DNA of 48,955 nt from Nemertoderma westbladi. Its lineage: Eukaryota > Animalia > Xenacoelomorpha. The translations under genes were made by a program, and so were the position numbers. This document shows, piece by piece, positions 46,101 to 48,955 of this stretch. The stretch is from positions 1 to 48,955 of the forward strand of contig JAUCBJ010007828.1 of NCBI GenBank assembly GCA_032718475.1, read 5' to 3'. The notes under the pieces are model-generated. The model had not been told where the DNA came from. It did not search any database and worked only from the letters and a program-made list of their open reading frames with translations. Every line of letters begins with the position of its first letter. Position 1 is the first letter of the stretch.

Positions 46101-47649
46101 GTACCACGTGCGGATGAGTAGAGTGCGGGGTTGTTGGCGTGTACCACGTGCGGATGAGTAGAGTGCGGGGTTGTTGGGGTGTACCACGTGCGGGTGAGTA
46201 GAGTGCGGGGTTGTTGGCGTGTACCACGTGCGGATGAGTAGAGTGCGGGGTTGTTGGGGTGTACCACGTGCGGGTGAGTAGAGTGCGGGGTTGTTGGGGT
46301 GTACCACGTGCGGATGAGTAGAGTGCGGGGTTGTTGGCGTGTACCACGTGTGGATGAGTAGAGTGCGGGGTTGTTGGCGTGTACCACGTGCGGATGAGTA
46401 GAGTGCGGGGTTGTTGGGGTGTACCACGTGCGGGTGAGTACGGGGTTGTTGGGGTGTACCACGTGCGGATGAGTAGAGTGCGGGGTTGTTGGGGTGTACC
46501 ACGTGCGGGTGAGTACGGGGTTGTTGGCGTGTACCACGTGCGGGTGAGTACGGTGTTGTTGGGGTGTACCACGTGCGGGTGAGTATTAGTACGGGGTTGT
46601 TGGGGTGTACCACGTGCGGGTGAGTAGAGTAGGGGGTTGTTGGGGTGTACCACGTGCGGATGAGTAGAGTACGGGGTTGTTGGGGTGTACCACGTGCGGA
46701 TGAGTAGAGTGCGGGGTTGTTGGGGTGTACCACGTGCGGATGAGTAGAGTGTGGGGTTGTTGGGGTGTACCACGTGCGGATGAGTAGAGTGCGGGGTTGT
46801 TGGCGTGTACCACGTGCGGATGAGTAGAGTGCGGGGTTGTTGGGGTGTACCACGTGCGGATGAGTAGAGTGTGGGGTTGTTGGGGTGTACCACGTGCGGG
46901 TGAGTAGAGTGCGGGGTTGTTGGTGTGTACCGCGTGCGGGTGAGTAGAGTGCGGGGTTGTTGGGGTGTACCACGTGCGGGTGAGTACGGGGTTGTTGGCG
47001 TGTACCACGTGCGGGTGAGTACGGTGTTGTTGGGGTGTACCACGTGCGGGTGAGTATTAGTACGGGGTTGTTGGCGTGTACAACGTGCGGATGAGTAGAG
47101 TACGGGGTTGTTGGCGTGTACCACGTGCGGATGAGTAGAGTGCGGGGTTGTTGGGGTGTACCACGTGCGGATGACTAGAGTGCGGGGTTGTTGGGGTGTA
47201 CCACGTGCGGGTGAGTAGAGTGCGGGGTTGTTGGTGTGTACCACGTGCGGGTGAGTACGGGGTTGTTGGCGTGTACCACGTGCGGATGAGTAGAGTGCGG
47301 GGTTGTTGGGGTGTACCACGTGCGGGTGAGTAGAGTGCGGGGTTGTTGGCGTGTACCACGTTCGGATGAGTAGAGTGCGGGGTTGTTGGCGTGTACCACG
47401 TGCGGGTGAGTATAGTGCGGTGTTGTTGGCGTGTACCACGTGCGGATGAGTAGAGTGCGGGGTTGTTGGCGTGTACCACGTTCGGATGAGTAGAGTGCGG
47501 GGTTGTTGGCGTGTACCACGTGCGGATGAGTAGAGTGCGGGGTTGTTGGCGTGTACCACGTGCGGATGAGTAGAGTGCGTGGTTGTTGGGGTGTACCACG
47601 TTCGGATGAGTAGAGTGCGGGGTTGTTGGCGTGTACCACGTGAGTGCGG
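43137..47649 (+). repeat. G-rich minisatellite, 35/40/41-bp unit variants, roughly 115 units
   Basis: Consensus GTGTACCACGTGCGG(G/A)TGAGTAGAGTGCGGGGTTGTTGG(G/C); 477-bp higher-order duplication marked by TTGGCTTGGC at 43574 and 44051. Confidence 0.98.
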
Positions 47650-48955
47650 CTTTATTCATTACATTTTATTTTACAAGGGTGAGATTTAACTTCCGATTTA
47701 AAAGAGTATATATTGATTATCTAGTTTTTTTTTATTTTATTAGGCGTGGTAGTACCGGTATCGAAAAGAATAGCCAGGTATATACCGGTACCGGTACTGT
47801 AAACTGTAGTTTCCTTAACGGGGAATCATTAAATATTCTCATCAATCACTTTATATTTATATTGGACCATCAAATTGATATTTGAATATCTTCTTCTGTT
47901 TAGTACCGATAATGTAATTTATTTCCCGCGTTGCTTACAGTTATTAATCTTCTATCACGGGGTGTTAATTATTTATGAATTTTTCAATTTCTAAAGAGAT
48001 TTAATTCTAATCGATTAATATATTTGAATAAACGGCAGTGGCAGATAATTTATTGTTATTTTCATTGAAGGATATTGATTGATAGGCTAGAAGAACCCAG
48101 ATTATATTCAACAGTAACGGTTTTTGTGAAGGGAAGGCCTGTGTATCCGCTGGTTGGCGCTGGCTATCTCCTTCTTCCTCTACCACACTGGTACCATACC
48201 GGTTACCAACATCGACGCAATGCCTCGTTACTTTATTATAGAACGTAGAGAATTCCTTATTGCAACTAGAATACGTTCTATTATTTAATGTTCGTTCATT
48301 AGCGATAATCTGTAATCTGTATTTCCGGATAACAACGGCAGTTCTTTTGGACAGCGGAGTGCTCCAAAAAAACTGTAACCTATTCTATATATTGACTTCA
48401 GTTTATTATCAATTTATATGTGGAATGTGGAGGCAGGGGTGTGGCACTGAGGGCAGCCCTGGCAGGTGTACAATTTTGTGGCACCACTTCAATTACGAGG
48501 TACCATATTTATCGCAATGCCATAAAGTGGATATAATGGTATTTAATCCATTACCGGCATGGTACCTTAAAGTGTTTATTATTGTTTATTAAAATCCCAA
48601 ATAAGCCACGCTTCTTTTCTGTTTTCGGAGTGGCTGGTTCCATTGCTCCGGTTAATATAACTCTTATTGATTCACTCAAACCTTTTTACATGATTACGTC
48701 CCCCGGGAGAACCAGGTGGAAGCGGTTCTATCTGTTCCGTAACTTTTGTTACACAGGAATCAACCACACCTGCTACCCCCTCCCCACCGTCACTCTATGC
48801 CCCCAATCTCTTACATTTCCATTTTATGATGCGGTACATTGAATTTCTGCTGGCTGGCCTTTTGTTTGCATTGCTCCAGAGTTGGAATCAAAAGCCCCCG
48901 GGTTATTTTTATCTCTTAGGGAAGGCGGTTAAATAAGACATCATGGACGCCTATG

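Noticed and set aside
43137-47649. CRISPR-like array
   Set aside because: No unique spacers, eukaryotic context and no cas genes.
43028-47659. Long minus-strand ORFs (up to 1169 aa) of TPTTPHSTHPHVV repeats
   Set aside because: Artefact: the C-rich strand of the minisatellite lacks stops in all three frames, and the 35/40/41-bp units do not preserve frame.

Overview
Eukaryotic (probably invertebrate animal) genomic DNA made up almost entirely of nested transposable elements. The main feature is an 18.1-kb BEL/Pao LTR retrotransposon (2997-21121, minus strand; ~2.18-kb near-identical LTRs, 5-bp TSD CATGG) inserted into an RTE-type LINE. It has three unusual traits. (i) There is no tRNA-type PBS; the 10 nt after the 5' LTR are instead perfectly complementary to a 10-mer inside the LTR, the geometry of Tf1-like self-priming. 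(ii) A large extra ORF in the env position encodes a DEDDy (WRN/RNase D/Mut-7-like) 3'-5' exonuclease plus three CCHC zinc knuckles. (iii) Six dispersed copies of a palindromic hairpin CAAACC-YGYG-GGUUUG occur in both coding and non-coding parts. This copy is defective (in-frame stop in RNase H, integrase core deleted). Downstream lie a near full-length RTE LINE with a ~77-bp TSD, several non-autonomous TIR elements (hAT-like, piggyBac-like, EnSpm-like and an unclassified CAG..CTG element with a 5-bp TSD), many apparent excision footprints (5-mer-CWG-5-mer; TA-CWG/CCGG/GGCC-TA), two tRNA-derived SINEs, a decayed CR1/L2 LINE, a probable host exon (41934-43157) and a 4.5-kb G-rich minisatellite that starts at that exon's putative splice donor. 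All calls come from reading motifs by eye; no searches were run.
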